Positions 27,010-29,554 of a DNA stretch of 29,554 nt are shown one piece after another. This DNA comes from an uncultured delta proteobacterium (lineage in GTDB: Bacteria > Desulfobacterota > WTBG01 > CAIYCZ01): NCBI GenBank assembly GCA_963803975.1, contig CAWDOY010000038.1, forward strand, positions 1 through 29,554. Direction: 5' to 3'. How positions within the stretch are numbered: the stretch's first letter is position 1; each line of letters begins with the position of its first letter. The notes beneath the pieces were generated by a model. That model did no database searches. It was not told where the DNA came from and was given only the letters and a program-made list of their open reading frames with translations. The position numbers were made by a program, and so were the translations under genes.

Positions 27010-28223
27010 ATGAAACAAAGAAAATACATACCCTCTTTGGTCTTGGCTCTTGCCATTATCCCGATGCTTTTGCTGCTGCCATGTCTATCCGCCCATGCCG
27101 GCTGGGAGGCACAGAGTACCGTACCGACCAAGAACCAGCTCCGCGCGGTATGGGCCAGCTCCGCAACTGACGTGTTTGCAGTGGGCGATTACGGCACGAT
27201 TGTCCACTATGACGGCACCAGCTGGGGCAGCACCACGGTGGGAGCCTTTAATATTTACGGGGTGTGGGGAACTTCAGAAACGGATGTTTATGCGGTTGCC
27301 GATAAAGGCATCATCCTGCACTATGACGGCAGCGCCTGGAAAAATATGACCAGCGGCACCGTGCAGCGCTTGAGGGATGTATGGGGTTTTTCCACGACCG
27401 ATATCTTCGCGGTCGGTGAGAACGGCACCACCCTGCATTATGACGGGACTACCTGGAGCCGCATGAGCAATGCCACCATCCTCACGCTTCAGGGGGTTTG
27501 GGGCATCTCCAGTGATGACCTCTATGCTGTCGGCGGCGCCAGCGCCAGCTCCGGACCGGGTAACGATATCATGGTCCATTATGACGGCAGCACCTGGACG
27601 CTGGTGCACACCGGCAGCCTGGCACGGCTGCATGACTTATGGGGAAACTCTGCAGCAAATCTTTTTACGGTGGGTGAATCCGGCGGAATCTTTAACTATA
27701 ATGGAACGAACTGGACGAGCGTTGATAATCCAGTGAATGGCAATGCTGCAATAACGCTGAGAGATATATGGGGTTCTTCAGGAAGTGATATCTTTGCTGT
27801 CGGCGACGGCGGAACAGTCTTGCACTATGACGGCGCGCAGTGGAAAAGCATGGACAGTAAAACCAGCGTCAAGCTCCATGGCGTGGCCGGCGTTTCAGCA
27901 AGCGAAGTTTTTGCCGTGGGCGAGTCCGGCACCATTATCCGCTATGACGGCAAAGATGATGGCGGCAACAATGGGAACTGCATCTTTACGGCGATCTTAG
28001 GGAAAGGCAACCCGCAGCTTGATACCCTGCGGCGGGTGCGTGATGATGCTCTGGTTAAGAGCGCGCTGGGGGGGGGCTGATAGCATTCTACTATACCTGC
28101 GGCAGGCTGCTGGTACCGCTTGTTGAACAGCAGCCGCTGGTTCGGCAGGGCGCAAAACAGTTTCTTGAATCACTGCTGCCGCTCATAGCAGCAATGGCAC
28201 CTGCTCACGAGATCAGGCCGTGA
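27010..28223 (+). CDS. Secreted seven-repeat beta-propeller protein 4 with CFI-box-CTERM-like domain (frameshift at G9 tract 28068-28076)
   Basis: Signal peptide ending SAHA and seven WG repeats. CIFTAILG.GNPQLDTLRRVRDDALVKSALG continues in another frame as LIAFYYTCGRLLVPLVEQQPLVRQGAKQFLESLLPLIAAMAPAHEIRP*. Confidence 0.88.
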
Positions 28224-28754
28224 GCTTTCAGCCGCCGCACCACCAGCGGGACCAGCGCCGAGCCGGCAGCGCCGAACAGAATGTTCATGGTGGACCCTAT
28301 CAGAGCTTTTTTCAGCATGATGTCGTAGTCCATCTCCACCAGCCAGTCGATTCCCATGGACGTAGCATAGCGAAAGGCTGCTGCAATCGCGCCGACGATT
28401 ACGCAGGCCGGAATGCTGAAGGCAAGTCGTGAATACAGAAGCGCTGCAGCGTCCACAATAATACCCGGCAGAACAAACTTTATTATAAGCAGCGGCCCCT
28501 CCTTGCCCATGCCGAGCATGGTGCACATGATGCCCGCGATGAGCCCCACCAGTGTTGCCGCTCCCAGCCTCTGCACGCAGCCCCTGCCGAGAATCAGAAA
28601 AAACATGGTAAAAAACATGCGCGTGCCCGGGAATGTTCAGTTTCAGCATCAGCGCTGCGCGGGTTATAATGATAAATGTCGCGCAGAAACCAAGCCAGAT
28701 GGCCTCGCGCAGGGTAAATCGCTTCCACACCATTGCTTTAGTGTTACCCGTCAT
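28205..28754 (-). CDS. Predicted ECF-transporter substrate-binding (S) component (frameshift near 28620)
   Basis: About 180-aa highly hydrophobic protein when joined (...KLNIPGH/MFFTMFFLILG...GAATLVGLIAG...KFVLPGIIVD...). ATGA-coupled to EcfT. Confidence 0.7.
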
Positions 28755-29524
28755 GGGGTCTTCTTTATCTCCATGTCATTGACAGCAGCAGTTTTGCCGC
28801 GGAAGTTTTGATAGTTCGCTGAATTCCAGTAGCTGCGTTTGGGATGCGAGCCGAAAGCGCGGGCCTCTGCTGAAAGGGCTGCCTCATCAGCGGTCTTCAA
28901 TGCCCTGATGATAAGCGGCAGCAGCAGACAGTTCAGCAGGTCCGGCCAGTTGCGCGGGTTTAAGAGCTCTCGGGGAGCCAGACGCGCGCCGCGCAGCCGC
29001 TGGGCCATGGCAATTTCCCGGACTTCCCGGGCAAAAAAAGGAATAAACCGGAGGCTCGTAAAAACCAGAAACGCCATCCGGTAGGGCAGGATTTTGCGCA
29101 TGCTGTACATCATCTGGGATATCCGGGTCGTTCGCAGCAGGATTATACCGGGAAGAAAGAAAAGTAAAATCCGCAGCGAGGTGCGCAGGCCCAGCCAGAT
29201 TCCCTCCGGTATGCCGTAGCGCAGCATATAGAGCACTAACACCACCGCCATCTGGATCAAAAAGAACCAGAGGTCCCGCACCAGCTCCGCGACACTCAGG
29301 CGCGCCAGGAAATAGTAGCCGGCATTAACGGCAATCAGCGCTGCCAGCAGCCAGGGATTGCTCGCGCCGATAGCAGCCGCGCACAGCGCTGTGCCGAGAA
29401 GCAGCTTCCAGCCCGCCCCCATCCGGTGAACCGGGGAATCTGTTGCCCGGTACTGAAACGCGTAGTCATTTGCCCGGGGCTGATTCTGAATGGCTGATGG
29501 TTTAATTACATTCAATGGCGCCAT
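28751..29524 (-). CDS. ecfT: ECF transporter transmembrane component (EcfT/CbiQ family), start uncertain
   Basis: Y...DSPVHRM....KL N-terminus, LRTT, LRFIP, AQRLRG and AEARAF (the two conserved Arg motifs of the coupling helices). Confidence 0.9.
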   Translation of the reverse strand: MAPLNVIKPSAIQNQPRANDYAFQYRATDSPVHRMGAGWKLLLGTALCAAAIGASNPWLLAALIAVNAGYYFLARLSVAELVRDLWFFLIQMAVVLVLYMLRYGIPEGIWLGLRTSLRILLFFLPGIILLRTTRISQMMYSMRKILPYRMAFLVFTSLRFIPFFAREVREIAMAQRLRGARLAPRELLNPRNWPDLLNCLLLPLIIRALKTADEAALSAEARAFGSHPKRSYWNSANYQNFRGKTAAVNDMEIKKTP

Positions 29525-29554
29525 GCTCCAATATCAGTATCCGGTCTGCCCAAT
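29502..29554 (-). CDS. C-terminal end of an ABC ATPase (probable EcfA), partial
   Basis: Minus-strand frame reads WADRILILEHGAIECN*, the typical 'ADR....G.I' ABC ATPase C-terminal strand, directly upstream of ecfT. Confidence 0.65.
   Translation of the reverse strand, partial: WADRILILEHGAIECN

Noticed and set aside
28068..28076. Phase-variable G9 tract switching the anchor of propeller 4
   Set aside because: Possible, but given the window-wide indel rate a homopolymer sequencing error is the simpler explanation. Read-level data are needed.

Overview
A 29.5-kb bacterial chromosomal window, probably from a Desulfobacterota/deltaproteobacterial genome (inferred from gene content). Many otherwise intact genes carry single-base frameshifts, most likely assembly indel errors. 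Left (1-6.9 kb, minus strand): a GAF/PAS sigma-54 activator, a sigma-54 promoter, an ABM-family gene and a run of secreted/lipoprotein genes (including DUF2092) ending in the start of an arylsulfatase. Middle (7-21.5 kb): CMD/AhpD protein, nucleoside deoxyribosyltransferase, Phd-VapC toxin-antitoxin pair, an orphan antitoxin, EndoQ + UvrD (both ending in beta-clamp-like motifs), LapA, YIP1, bioA, fadL, a KamA radical SAM and corA, separated by intergenic repeats that include two copies of a 125-bp MITE-like element. Right (21.6-29.5 kb), the most interesting part: two near-identical Moco-family riboswitches that lack stem P3 (the tungsten-cofactor-associated form), each with a terminator/antiterminator. 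They head a cluster of four paralogous secreted seven-repeat beta-propeller proteins that share blade-specific Arg/His/Lys residues but carry different C-terminal modules. The cluster also holds an unannotated 37-aa RiPP-precursor-like peptide and abuts a convergent ECF transporter. My inference is a candidate extracellular tungstate/molybdate or metal-pterin scavenging system.
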